Below are positions 27,570-42,514 of a DNA stretch of 64,000 bases, piece by piece (positions within the stretch are counted from its first letter, which is position 1; each line of letters starts with the position of its first letter). Location of the stretch: assembly GCA_011109175.1 (NCBI GenBank), contig RDEW01000026.1:451695-515694 (forward strand), given 5' to 3'. This DNA is from Dicyema japonicum (Eukaryota; Animalia; Dicyemida). The notes below the pieces were generated by a model. The model did not search any database. It saw only the letters and a list, made by a program, of their open reading frames with translations, and was not told the origin of the DNA. A program made the position numbers and the translations under genes.

Positions 27570-28407
27570 AGCAATCTTATTAGCCAACCTCCTGAAGACA
27601 AACCCGACTCTTATCGAAGGCTATCAGATTAGCGGAGAACAGGATGTGGTGGACAACTTAGGTAAGTACTCCAGTTGCCCAGTGGTTCCTCAATGTAATT
27701 GTGGAGAAAACAGAATTGACTGAACTAGTCAGACAAAAATTTAAGCTGGATAAACATTGGTGAAAAGTAAGAAACTCGGATTATTATTGGGAGATGAACA
27801 AGACGTAATTATGCGGAAGACACATGCAAACAGTGCACTACGCAGCCTAAAGGAAAATTAACTAAAGCGTAAAGGATTGAGTACACAAACACAGATACGT
27901 CTATACAATTCACTGGTGAAGCCTATTCTCCTCTACAATGCCGGAACGTGGGGACTTTTTGATACGGACAATCACAATCTAGACTAGTTCCATAGAAATC
28001 AACTTCGACTTACTCTAGCCTCGACATGACATTCAAGGCTCAGAAGCAAAATACTCTATACCAGGACATCAAGCAAACCTATCTCACTAGAAATAACGGT
28101 ATGCAGGTGGAGACTATTCGTATACATTCTAAGAATGGATTTGGAGGCACCACCAAATACTGCCATGGAGGACTATTTCGAAACTGACGGACCTCGTTTC
28201 AGGGGGCGCCCGAGAAATACTCTCCAGGTTACGCTGGATAGAGAGCTTCGGAGAGTGAGGAAACAAGTAAAAGATGAATACGACCTTGACGCCTTACGGA
28301 ATGTTGGCCAGGACAGGGGGAAATGGAAAAAATTAATAACTCTTATTGTTTCCTGTGTGCACAAGATTTGTCATGACCCATGTCATCGCAAAAGTGATTA
28401 ATAATAA
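27570..28407 (+). mobile_element. RTE-like LINE 3' part
   Basis: LYNSLVKPILLYNAGTW, FRGRPRNTL, DRGKWK; ends in (TAA)3. Confidence 0.75.
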
Positions 28408-28848
28408 GGGGTGTTATTTGGGTCAACCTATATTTTCTTTCACATAAATTCTTTCTTTTTCCCTTTCAGGAATATAGTGTGCATAGGGCGATCCAAACAA
28501 TCATCGGAAGAGACTGCTTTTTCAGTACATGCGTATAAGGAATCTCACTATAAATTTTATAGAATTTCTAGAAGATGCCAAGCTCAAAATGCAGTAATTG
28601 TGGGAAGGAATTTGTTTAAATGACAATTTCGGAGCTGGGATAGTTGGATTTCCTGGTGGTAGGTGATGACAGCAAGGGGTCTTTTGATCATTCCGGCATA
28701 GGACATATGGAACCCTCGGAAATATAATGTGCAGCGATTACCCGTTTCTTTTTGTTGCATTTACTGTCTCTTTTTCTTTCACTGGTTTCGAATTTTGCGT
28801 AAATTGTAAAGATTGAAAAAAGGAAAACAAAAATTACAAAAGTGAGGA

Positions 28849-31157
<2,309 letters not shown>

Positions 31158-31229
31158 CACCAATTTTAATTTAATTATTAATTTAATATTTTATTAATCT
31201 AATTTGATTTTAATCCAAAACTATTTCTT

Positions 31230-31745
31230 CTAAATTGATTCTTTTGGAGATCATCTGGAAATTAGAGTCTTGCAGTTCCTCTCCCAAGCCTACAGCCTAG
31301 ATTATCCCTGCCACTCTCTATGCAAACCGCAAAACAAAAGAAAAATTATTATGACAACCAGTGGCTTGCCTCGAATGCTATCATCCATTTTTACCAGCTC
31401 CAATGACAAGAGTCGTCTGAAACAGATACACGATTTTGTTTCTACGAGAAGCTTCCGAAGACTCGAAGATAATAAAATACTACACTTGCCTCTTCCTCCA
31501 ATAGACCAATCAGAATCCTCTCTTCCGAGGGAAGTCCAAGTAAACCTGGCTCGTCTACGATGTGGCCACCACCCCTCTCTACCAAAGTACGATATCTTCT
31601 GTCCCTTTTGCAACCTCTACGTGTTGACAACAAATTGAATGCCATGAATTAGTAAAACGTTCGTCTACAATGCCGGGACTGACCGATCTATGAGAGCGAC
31701 CAACATCTGCTGCGTCCTATTTAATTGCTGCTGTTACTTAACTAA
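31230..31745 (+). mobile_element. Vingi-type LINE 3' fragment
   Basis: NKIL..PPI..SE..LPRE.QV.LARLRCGHH..CPFC. Confidence 0.75.
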
Positions 31746-32066
31746 TTAATTCTTCTCCACTCAGCAAGTCTTAATCACATATGAAGATATCAGAGGAGTT
31801 TATATCATTTAATGTCATAGGCTTGAAAGATATTTCCAAACGAATAATCTTATGTCAGGACGCAAATACTTATGTTGTTACTTGTGGACTAGATGAGTGA
31901 CATAATAATTACCGAATAATCCTCCTATCATCAGAATATCATCACTACTTAAATTTAATCTACAAATGTTATTGTGAACGATTGTATGATAGTCTCGTAT
32001 GCGGAACATGTGGGAATTTAGTATATTTGACATTATGCTCCTACAATAGTGTTAATTATTATTATT

Positions 32067-32593
32067 TGTGAGCGTCCATTTGACGGACCCGCCACTTGCC
32101 GGACCTTTACTAGTTTCACTAATTTTCCAAAAAAACGTATTTTAATTCTAAGTCCAAAATAATTCATTTTATTTAAATATTTTCAATATTTCTAACAATG
32201 TTGTAAATAATTGACATTGAAACAAGAACAACAAGAAGCCAACTTCAAAAATCTGACACGTTTTTAACAAAATTTTATTTGGTTTTAAAGGATAACCAAC
32301 TACAATTAGTGTGGCGCAATAATAATTTTTCTGAAACTTCTGCCCTAACCTTAAAAATAACCCTGCATATTTTATTCATAAACCCTTATCTAAACCATAA
32401 TTTTAGATTATACGACATTTTCAACCCGACACATAATGATAATCATAAAAATGAATTGTTTTTTTTCAAAAATTAAGTTTTTATTATTTTTAATCATGAG
32501 AATTGATATCATTATCATGTAAAATAATATGTTTTATTATAAAAATGTGAATACGGTCAGGCAAATGGCGGGTCCGTCAAATGGACGCCGACA
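32067..32593. mobile_element. MITE with ~34-bp TIRs
   Basis: GCGTCCATTTGACGGACCCGCCA(C/T)TTGCC inverted at both ends; TGT...ACA termini; TTATT direct repeat at 32062-32066 and 32594-32598. Confidence 0.8.
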
Positions 32594-33322
32594 TTATTTT
32601 CCAAAATTATTTAAAAAAAACTTGTACTCTTTCCAACCCCTTCCCTTCCTCAACCAGAATTCCAACACGATTTTCGTTCGATCTAACGTCGTCAATTTAT
32701 TGTTGACAGCTTCAATGCAACCTCCTGCTATTATCCTAGGAGATGGCTATATTATCGCAACCGGAAACCATTTAGCGTTGACCACAGTCGTCAAGCCCCA
32801 ACTTAAGATTATTCACTTTAGACGGAAATGTAAAAAAAACCCAGAATCTTCATTGGCTCTGTGGGGGTACCACACTGAGTTCTCTTACAATTTTCTAAGT
32901 AACATACACAAGATTGATGAAGTTAACGACCCATGACAAGCAATCACTCAGAAATTAAATATTTTACGTTGACTCGTCAAGAGAACTTTCAATTTAGACG
33001 AATCTATCCAAAAACTTTACTGACAGACCATAACATTGTCAATCAAGTTTGTTTTGCACTGTCAGAGTCTATACTCTACAAACTAAACTCACTATACCGG
33101 TCAACTCTCCGCATACCTGAGAGTGCAATCTTATGGATAGATCTATTCAAGTTATTACAACCCATATATGCGGAGATGGATTACTTCGTTTCCGTAAGAA
33201 GGCTAGAAAGTTGTAGGCCTAGAAGTTCTCTTCCATAACCAATTCTTGTGCAATTATAAAAGACTCTTAAAAACAAAGATTTTTTTATTTAACCCAAGAC
33301 CACGGTAAAACCATACTAATTA

Positions 33323-33730
33323 TCACGTGATCCCGATGCATTCTAACAGAGACCTCATTTTTTCTCGGTGTTCTTTCTTCGTGTCCGCGCATGAATGTAC
33401 AGGACTGCCTGAATTTTCAGGGCCACCTTCCCGTGATCTGGAGTCTAGTCTCATAAGGGCCTCCAGAGGCGTAGGTCCGGTTCGGTGATCTTCACAAATC
33501 CAACGCTCCGTTACTCTGTAAGCCCTCTTTTGCATTTCCTCAATTTTCCTCATATTTGTCCAAGATATGGACGGTCCCCACGAGGCGCATGCATATGATA
33601 AACATGGCTCGATGTACTGTTTGTACACGTTCATCAAGACTGAGTGAGTACCACTCTTCCATATTCCCGATAAACTTTTCAATACGTTCAGTTTCTTCTC
33701 GCATTTCAATAGAATGTTTTCTACGTGATT
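33323..33730 (-). mobile_element. I/Vingi-group LINE RT C-terminal fragment
   Basis: KKLNVLK..VYKQYIEPCLSYACASW. Confidence 0.65.
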
Positions 33731-33929
33731 AACGAAATTAGTATGTAGTTTTAGTTCAACCGATAATTTAATGATATTAAAGATTCGACACAGAGAAGGT
33801 ACAATTGAGAACCACAGTTATATGATGGTGTTGCTAACTGCGGAACTGAATGGCTATATTCCTCCTAATCTGAAAGTTCTAAATAATAATTAAAAAAATA
33901 AAGATAATATTAATGAATTGTCAAAAATT

Positions 33930-36382
33930 TAAGTGATTATATTAAAATGTTAGTAACTATCAAAATTTATAGATGTAGCTGACTATCACAACCTTTGAAG
34001 TGAATTTTACTACCTAAATTTAAATAAACTGACAAACATTAATTTGTATGTTAGAATAGAGCCTCCCTTCGATTTTAATTTGGAATCCATTCGACTTGAG
34101 AGTTTGGCTCACTCTAAGATTACCCAGATTTGTTTCGTAGTTAAAAGTCACTACTTCATGAATTCCATTAAATTTATTTCCTCGATAAACAAGTTGAATG
34201 TAATGCTCTACACTATCCTGGCTCTCCAAAATAACAAGTGATACTCCACGGGGAATAGTTCCTGCTTCGTAAACAGTATCTCCTATACATTCAAAAGTTA
34301 AAACACACCTATTGTACTTGTCCTAAAGTGACCCTTTATTGCTCCACAAGAACTATCATCTCCTTCACAAACTCCACAAATGTCTTCTTTCGCATTAGAA
34401 TTGATCATCATATCACAACCGACCGACTGAAAGTGATAAACAAAATTGAACCACACACTTCTGGTCTATGCAAATTCCTCTCTCCTTATTGTTCTGAATA
34501 CAAGATGACCCTTGAGCTACGTGATCTTTGAACTTATCCTTTTCCGTAATTGTGTCCATACATAACAAAGTACAGTAATGAGATAGATCTGAGAGTAATA
34601 ATAGTCACGACCGTTTATTTTGTAAATGTAGGTATTCCCAAACTCTTTTTTACACTGTTCATCCAAAAATGGCTCTCTATTGCCGGGACAGTCCTCAAAC
34701 TTTATTTAGACAGAAAACCTTCTTTTTACAAACCTGATATTGTAAAAAAATTCCCTCGCAGTACTTTGCTCCATCAGATGGACTGTTGGTGAGGTTAATA
34801 ATATTACATTGGATTATTACATTCTCTGGATCGTACACGAATTGATAAACCACAGTTTTGATTACATTCGCCATATTCGGACCAGAGACTGAATCCTCCA
34901 TCGATGAATGGAAGGTAAGGCTTAATATATTCACATTCTCCACTTTTACATATCTACGTATAATTCATATTTACTTTATTTTCCGAACATTTGGTTCCAT
35001 CTGGAAACACAATAGCAGTATACGACGAGCCATACTGGTTAACGCAATACCCCCAACAGGATATCTTATTATATTTTAAATATACTTTCGATTTTACAAA
35101 TTTTGGAAATTCTGGACTTGAACACAAATTTTGGTTAATGTTTTCATTGTGTTGTTTTAACCTTTTAGCAGACTTTGCCTTAATGCATTGAGTCCGTTTG
35201 CTCATTCTGATTATATAATCAGCAATACTGAAGTAATTTAAGAATATCTCCCTTCGAACAGGTAGACCATTTTTTTTCAGTGTCTGAATTTAGATAAGAT
35301 CGCATTAGATATGACCCTTCGCATGGATTTTTTCTTGTATTATCATGCATGATTCCCAAACCGAATAAAATTAAAATAATTTACAAATGTCCCAATTCGT
35401 GACTCAAAGTAAATGGAGTTTTTAATCCATTGAATTTGATTGCAAGGCACTTTAAGGCTGAACATACCCCTAAAATTGGGGAAACTCCCAAGACTGATTT
35501 AATAGGAAAGTTAACACTGCTATAATATAAAATGTCACCTTAATATTTTAATGAAAACATCATGGTCAAAATCCCTATCTCTCTGACAATCCCCCAAGTC
35601 TCTCCTATAGTTGATAATAAGTTCATCTCCACGTAATAACTAGAAAATATTAGAATATTTAACATATTTTATAATTTTGACAACATTTACGTAGAAAAAC
35701 TCCCCAAGTGAATTCTTGTGCAATAAAACGTTTGTCTGAAATAGTTAGACAAAATAAACTTTATGAATAATTAAAGGAATCATTTTTTCTATTTCTGAGA
35801 GTTTTTCTGACGAATCATAATCGATTCTGACGACAGCATCAAGCCTCATTGGTGAATATGACGCCAACTCATATTCATTATACCCTCTTTCTACAATAAT
35901 CAGTTTTCCAGACTTTCTCTCATTTCGTTTTTATTCTGTTCATCTCTGATTTTTTGATAAACCACGTGTTCGCTTGAGACATTAAAGTCCCCTCGAGGTT
36001 CAATGTAAAACGACTGATCCTCAATTGCAACATATCCCATCTTGAATAAGCAAATTAAATAAACCAGTCCATGGCAAATATCAATGAGTGCGGATGAATA
36101 TGGTTGATTTAATAATGATCCATATTTTATGCATTTACTGTTTGCATGCTTCCTAACACTCTGTTTGTCAAGTCGTAGTGTTTCATTTATTCCATTTATT
36201 CTGATTTCATAAAAATCAAATTCTTTTGACGTGTGATTAACGTCTGTCACTTTCTTTGGAGTCACAACCTCAATTTTGGTATATCCCACGTGACCTAATA
36301 GTGAGCAAACTCATTTACCGAAATTAGTATGTAGTTTTAGTTCAAATGATAATTTAATAATCAAAAAAATATGGAAAATCAT
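33930..36382 (-). CDS. ADAMTS-like secreted metalloprotease (multi-exon, divergent; 3' end approximate)
   Basis: Prodomain (DICHGL, FYIEP, HVVY), HELGHFLGIMHD zinc motif across an intron, TSP1-like PSDGAKYCEG..YQVC, Cys-rich DICGVCEGDDSSC. Confidence 0.8.
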
Positions 36383-37429
36383 TTATAAAACTGTTTTCAC
36401 TCTTAATTATATAAAAAATGTGTAACATATCTTTATTTTGTAATTTGTGCAATATGTCATATTTATTAGTCTATTAATTATTTAACAGCAGCTCATTATC
36501 ATCACTAACCCTCATCAAACTTGAAATATCCATACAAAAAAGTAAAACGACATATTTCTCCATATACACTAATTTAAAAATACCTGCTGAGAAAATATTA
36601 TAAAGACCGGAACCTGAAATCGTTTTGAATTAATGTATTTTATACAAGTGGACTGTAAAATGATTAAATTAAAGTTAAGGTCATTCAATCACAGACAATA
36701 ATATAAGAATTTCAGGCTCTTCAGACCTGTCCTAATAAATCCTAAACTCAAATTAATTTTAATATAAAAATTCAAAATTTCGACCTCTTCTAACTGAGTA
36801 CTAATCTTCTCCAAATTATATAATAAAGATTATTTTTACATTATTCTGGTCTCACACGTGCAATTATATGCAGTTTTTAAAACCTTAAATAAGATTTTCG
36901 ATTGCTCCTCCCAACCTTTCACATTTTTTCATCCAGCCATAGGGGAATCGGTATACGAGGATTTCTCTCTTAACAAACCTTCAAAATAAAAAACCGCGAT
37001 TTTGAAAATTTGTCGAGAATTAAGTCACTCCTTTTTAAGTCACATTATAACATTCAGAAGTATTACGGAGTTGAAAAAATAAACAAAGGTCTCCAGCTCA
37101 AGCTTTTATTTTGTACACATAGAAGAGCGCACGTGTTTTAGCATGTTTAATTACCTCCCTCGTCGAAAAGGAGGCCAAAGTATTTCATAGTCTTCTTCCG
37201 AGGAATGTCTTTTAACGAGGTCCTTAGATTAGCCAGCCTCCTGCTTCCAGTCACCTTTACCAAACCCAACTTTTCATTGTGCGACTGATAAAAAGTGATC
37301 TATTCCGTGTACATCTTCAACTTTTTTAGATACCATAGGGTTTAAAGAGACATCATGACCTTATCATTGTATATCAAGATTTATGTAAAGTAACCCGAAT
37401 GTCCAGAGGATCACAGACCATTCCAATAG

Positions 37430-38360
37430 CGATGCCACAATCAAGAACAAGACAGAAGCCACATCACTAGTACGATGTGGCTTCTACGTCGGAAGAAACA
37501 TGATTTCCTGTGAGTGGAGAAGAAGAGGACCACCGATCTGCTACAGCTGTCACCAGGTCGGCCACCTTGCATACCAGTGCAAGGGAAAAAAGAAGTGCTT
37601 TCGATGTGCAGGAGAGCACGATACTTCCCAATGCAGGGTTGACCCTGGATTGGAACGCAAGTGTGTCAATTGCGGCTCACACAAACACGGCGCCAGATAT
37701 GGAGGGTGCCCCGTACTAGTAGAGGCTAAACGCAAGCTTGATCCCCGCAACAACATTATGGAATCAAAACAGAAATTAACAAGGTGGAGCCCCCAATGCA
37801 AAAAAGAAAAGTCGTCCCCAGGATTACCAAGAACGAACCTGCTCAAAAGCCAGAGAGTCGGCTTAGCTACCCCAAAGGAACGTGCCAGAGAAGAACTGGA
37901 GGAAATTATATCAAGGCTGAAAGAACTAAGCAATGTACTTGGCGTGGATTTAATGGTGGACCTGGCGTTGGAGAGCCCAGGCCACCTAAAAGTAAATTGA
38001 GAAGAGGACTGAAGATAGTGTTGGTGAATGCCCGATCCTTGAAAAGAGGCATAATGACCTAGCACTACTTCTGACAGCCACCAGGATTGACATCTGGTGG
38101 TCAACGAGACCAAGGTGAAAAAAACCAACACTACAGGGATTCAATTTCATAGAAATACCGTGGGTGGAAGGTGCTGAGGCTGGTACTGGAACCACATTGT
38201 TCTACAGTGATGATTTACAAATACGAGACCCAAAAATTATTATGAGTACACAATGCGAATTTGTTTCCGTCGAGGTGCGTTGCTGTGGCACATGGATAAA
38301 TGTTGGAGGCATGTATTCGAAGTACCTCAGGAAATGTTCCTACAGAGATCGAAGAATTTA
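37430..38360 (+). mobile_element. I/Jockey-group LINE fragment: gag-like ORF1 (three Cys/His knuckles) and start of APE ORF2
   Basis: CYSCHQVGHLAYQC, CFRCAGEHDTSQC, CVNCGSHKH..C; then LKIVLVNARSL and DILVVNETK. Confidence 0.8.
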
Positions 38361-39230
38361 GATAGAAACGACATGTCCATCAGAAGCAATTATGGTGCTT
38401 CTGAACTGCACACGCAAGGTGTCCGTTAGCTTGGCGACCTTCCTATCCTGCCATAGTTACTATACGGATGTGAAGCATGGTACTTCTCACACAGAGGGAA
38501 AGAATAATGTCACTTCTGGAAAAATCGAGGAGGTAAGCAGTAAGCTAACTTTGGGGAGAAAGCTGCGTGATGTCCTGAGTACAGAAGAGGACATGATTCT
38601 AGCCCCAGTAAAACACATTGTGGAGAAAAGGATTAATGGGATCCGACTCTAGATCAAAACTAAATGGAGTGCATCAGAAATGTCCAGACCGCATAGGTGG
38701 ACTCGTTAAAAATATCCCTTAAACTAACTCCTAATCCGGTTTGCTAATAAAGTTGTTTCGGGCTTTCTGGTTAAGTCAATTCACCCATTACAATGTTGAA
38801 TAATGGCGGACTGAGCCTTAAGGGATATTTCTTTGTAGCCAAATTTCACGAGTCTTACAAACTATCAATTGATATCCGAGAGAAAATTATGTATCCAAAT
38901 GTTTAAAACTAATAAATTTAGTATATTAGCCATTCAATATAAAAATATGCTCAAATATCAAAGCTGTCTCACAAAATATTATAAAAGCGATTAATTTTCA
39001 TGATTAAATGTCGTATAGTATCACATTCGGCCTGATAAGTCATACTTAGTCCAAAACAAATGGTTACTGGCCTATTTTCGGAGGAAAAACGAAATTTTTT
39101 AATTTATGTGGATACCACATCGAATGGATTAAGTGTAAAATCTTACAAAAAACATTTCAATACTCAGAACCTTTCTGCCATTACGATGAAAATACTTTTT
39201 TTTATAAAATTAAATATAAAATTCGTGTGC

Positions 39231-40110
39231 TTAGTATTCATAATGAGGTGGTTTGTCCAAAAAGTTGTCATCTTGTATTATAATATCTGAGTTGACTAAC
39301 AATTCGTCCAATTTAATAAATCTGAATTCTTCCCCTAATTCATTAAAACATTCCAATTTCTAATAATTATAACCAATATTCAGTACATTTCCATCAAAAG
39401 GCACGTGACATACAGCCACAAGATGATCTTCCAATTTGAATTCCTCAAAGACTGTGGAAATTGGACGACCATCAATATAAAGGCGAGTGCCCAAAATGTC
39501 CTCTGTAAAAGTGAAAGAAAGACATTTAGTTGGAAAGCCCAACCCCTGTCCTATCGCCTTAACGTAACTTTCAGTGAGAGTCTATCTTATTAACAAAATT
39601 ACCCAAATGCGGTAAAATCTATATATTCTGTGAGTATCTGACCTCATTATGTAATCCTTACTAGTAGGGTGTAATCTTTTCTCAATGACTCTGTACATGT
39701 CTTCAATATTTTCCCCTCCTAAAAATAAATACCCCCAAACTCAAATAATTCATCACATCCACACCAATTTTACACCTCTTTGAGGCTACAGCAACGCAAA
39801 TATCTCCGTCATGGGCAATGTTTGCATCAAAATTGACCCAAGCATCCATATAAGGGCGTTGTTTACTATCCCGTAGACAGGTTAACTGGTTCCATTGCAG
39901 GTTAAGTAGTTTAACAGTACAATAACGAAGCATTAATTGCCCTATCTGACCACATAAAATAATAAACTAACAAGGAGTTTTTTGCAGAACTTGCCGTGTT
40001 TATACTGATTTATTCTTACTGCTTCTGTAAAGTCGACTCGGGATAAACACGTCCTCCATATTTTGTTCATTAACAAAGCACTCAGAAGTATTAATGGCAA
40101 GCTTTAACAT
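39231..40110 (-). CDS. AASDHPPT: 4'-phosphopantetheinyl transferase (multi-exon)
   Basis: KQRPY, FDANIAHDGD, KIGVDVM, TLTESYVKAIGQGLGF, LEDHLVAVC. Confidence 0.85.
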
Positions 40111-40161
40111 TTAAAATAAAATTAAATTTTATTATTTTATTTAAATATAAAAGTTTGTAGC

Positions 40162-40762
40162 ATGTCTTCTATTAAGCGAGTGGAAGTATTTTTGTCTTCT
40201 AATATTAGCAATGGTTGACATTCGCACGTGTTTGGTGGCTATATGATGCAGCTCATCAAAGTCCATTTTATTCAGCTTCTAAGAATATCCCTTATCTTGA
40301 GGGAAAACACAAACAATCTATCACCCTCTCAGTTATGCATTTCCTAATATTAGATGATTGTGGAGACCACGTGGTTGTGATAAATAGTAGACTCATCGCT
40401 ATGGAGGGCAACAATTGGCGAACCCTTCACTATAAAGAGTACACTAGGTTTAGAACAATTCCAAAGAAAACAATGGCTTATGAGCGTCACCAACAGGACT
40501 CAACGTGGGTGAGTGTGTCTTACATATGCAGATTATGCACAATGCTATTAAAACCCACATTTAAGGGCACTCTACTGAGACATGGTGCTTTGGCGAGACT
40601 CCACATCTATCCAGGAGAGGTTATTTCATTTGTGTAGTTTAGAATATCCCCGATAGTATAAAACAGAACATATCTCGGATATTACCACAAGTACAAAAAG
40701 TTTATCGAAAACTGGAGGACTACTCTAAGGAAGAAATTGATAATTATCCTAAAATTATTTAA
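40162..40762 (+). CDS. MRPL13: Mitochondrial ribosomal protein uL13m
   Basis: QWLTFARVWWLYDA, DCGDHVVVINSRLIA, RLHIYP, LEDYSKEEIDNYPK; apparent 1-nt deletion near 40314. Confidence 0.9.
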
Positions 40763-40789
40763 TATTAATTTAAATATTTGTTGTTGTTG

Positions 40790-41398
40790 ATGAGAAATCG
40801 AAAGCATTTTATAAAAAGACTAGAAATTGCTGAAAAAAAGATGAAGGCCTCATCTCACGTATCAATATTACTTTCAGAGTTTTCAATGGTATTTTTGTTT
40901 AACAGAATTTAGGTTTTTCTAGTAGAAACAGCTGGAAATTACTTTGATGATGTCCCTTTGGCTGTTAGTCTTTGTTTTATAATCGCAACGGTTGTCCTCG
41001 TTTCTGTGCATCTGCTGGCTCTTCTAATGAGCATGTTTCTTATTCCTTATATAAACGACGCCATCCTTTCATTAGCCAAATCTCAAACTCCTAAATATGC
41101 TGATATATCAGATTTGATCCCACGTGTACGATTGGTTTGGATCATTTCTACTCAACTTGGTCTGTTTCTGTTTGCATTAGATATGTCACTGACATGTCTT
41201 GTAAGATTCTACGGAAATGGAATTATTATCGCTTGTATTGGATTTATGGTTGTCATACCAACCGTTATATGGGTTGCCTTCATTGGGAGACGAATTTATA
41301 CAAATCTCAGATACATCAGGTTTCTCACGAGGAACGCTTCCGCATACTCTCTCATTGAATGTCAAAATGAACTAAGACAATTTAAAACGAGGAATTGA
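40790..41398 (+). CDS. ORAI: Orai CRAC channel subunit (one 24-nt intron, 40889-40912)
   Basis: KMKASSHVSILLSEFSM|VFLVE (TM1), VHLLALLMS..IP (TM2), VWIISTQLGLFLFALD..CLVRF (TM3), TM4. Confidence 0.9.
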
Positions 41399-42059
41399 CA
41401 ATATTTTTTGTAATTCTGTTATTATTTGGAATCGATTTTATTATTCATTAGTAACAAACAGACTGTTTGGACACGTCCTACGGATGAACCCCACATCACC
41501 TGCAAATTTGGCAATGGAGGAATATTTCGCTGCAAGTGGAAAGAAATATCGGGGCGCCCGCGTACTATGCTACCGGGGGTGCTGGAGAAGATCTCAAGGC
41601 AATCAACCGGATGATTGTAAGTGGAAAGGATGGAAGAGATTGATCCGTTAAATTGCTTTAAGTGCAATCTTGCCTACCCCATTAAGTTCGATTATGTTTG
41701 GCCCATCTTCGTCGTGCTCATTATTAAACTATTAGTTTACTATTATTTTTAAAACGAATTGAGCTAGCAATTGCTTTCTGTTATTCTTTACGGTATTTAT
41801 TGACATTGAGCACACTTAACTATTTTTTTCCCGCCCGTCCGCGAGATGAAGACGACATGTCGACATCTCACTTAGGCCAGTTACACATTTTTGGCTTAAC
41901 ATTTTATTTTAAGAACAAGAGAGAGAACAAGTTATCCAAATGATCTAATTAATCCAAATGGAGACGAGAATCTCTAAGTGGCCACACTTAACAATGATAA
42001 TATTTTTTCACAAAGTTAGGTAAATATTGTAAGTGTTTATTACTTATCGGTTTTTTATT

Positions 42060-42400
42060 AATTTACCCCCCTTCGAGTTAAGGAAACGGGTGGTTAATAA
42101 GAACAGCATAGTTAAGAGCAGACGCTCCCAGAGATCAGACAGTTGTATTTGGTTCTGTACAAAATCGGAGGCATACACGGACTGGTCTAGGTGGCCCGTA
42201 TTCTGGTCGTCATGATGGGCAAAGTGGAGAGGACGATTGCCCGATTCTGTTGAGATTGGAACCTAATTCCATGTAGTGACCACAACGTAGGTGGACACGG
42301 ACACGAACTTCTCTTACATCAATATTTAGTAGAAGACGTCCCATAATCTTGTTGTACAAAGATTCCGATGGTATTTTTGGATATCCAGTCACGGATTGTT
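42060..42400 (-). mobile_element. Vingi-type LINE 3' fragment
   Basis: YNKIMG..REVRV..LRCGHY..RIG..SPLCPS, LWERLL. Confidence 0.7.
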
Positions 42401-42514
42401 TTCAGGAGTACCTATGGGTTTCTTCACTAAAAGGGATAAAACTAAATAAAATTAAAAAAAGAAGAATCAGTAACGTATTTTAATGTAAACAAATAAATGA
42501 TACAAAGTTTTTAA

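Noticed and set aside
37454-37485. Perfect 12-bp hairpin AGAAGCCACATC/GATGTGGCTTCT
   Set aside because: Single instance inside the LINE ORF1 reading frame; no supporting copy
37550-38131. Long antisense ORFs (also 54912-55547 and several within 49288-51750)
   Set aside because: Shadows of retroelement coding sequence or chimeric TE junctions without independent motifs
38710-38830. Inverted repeat AATATCCCTTAA/TTAAGGGATATT
   Set aside because: Short, no clear TSD or second copy; insufficient to call a MITE
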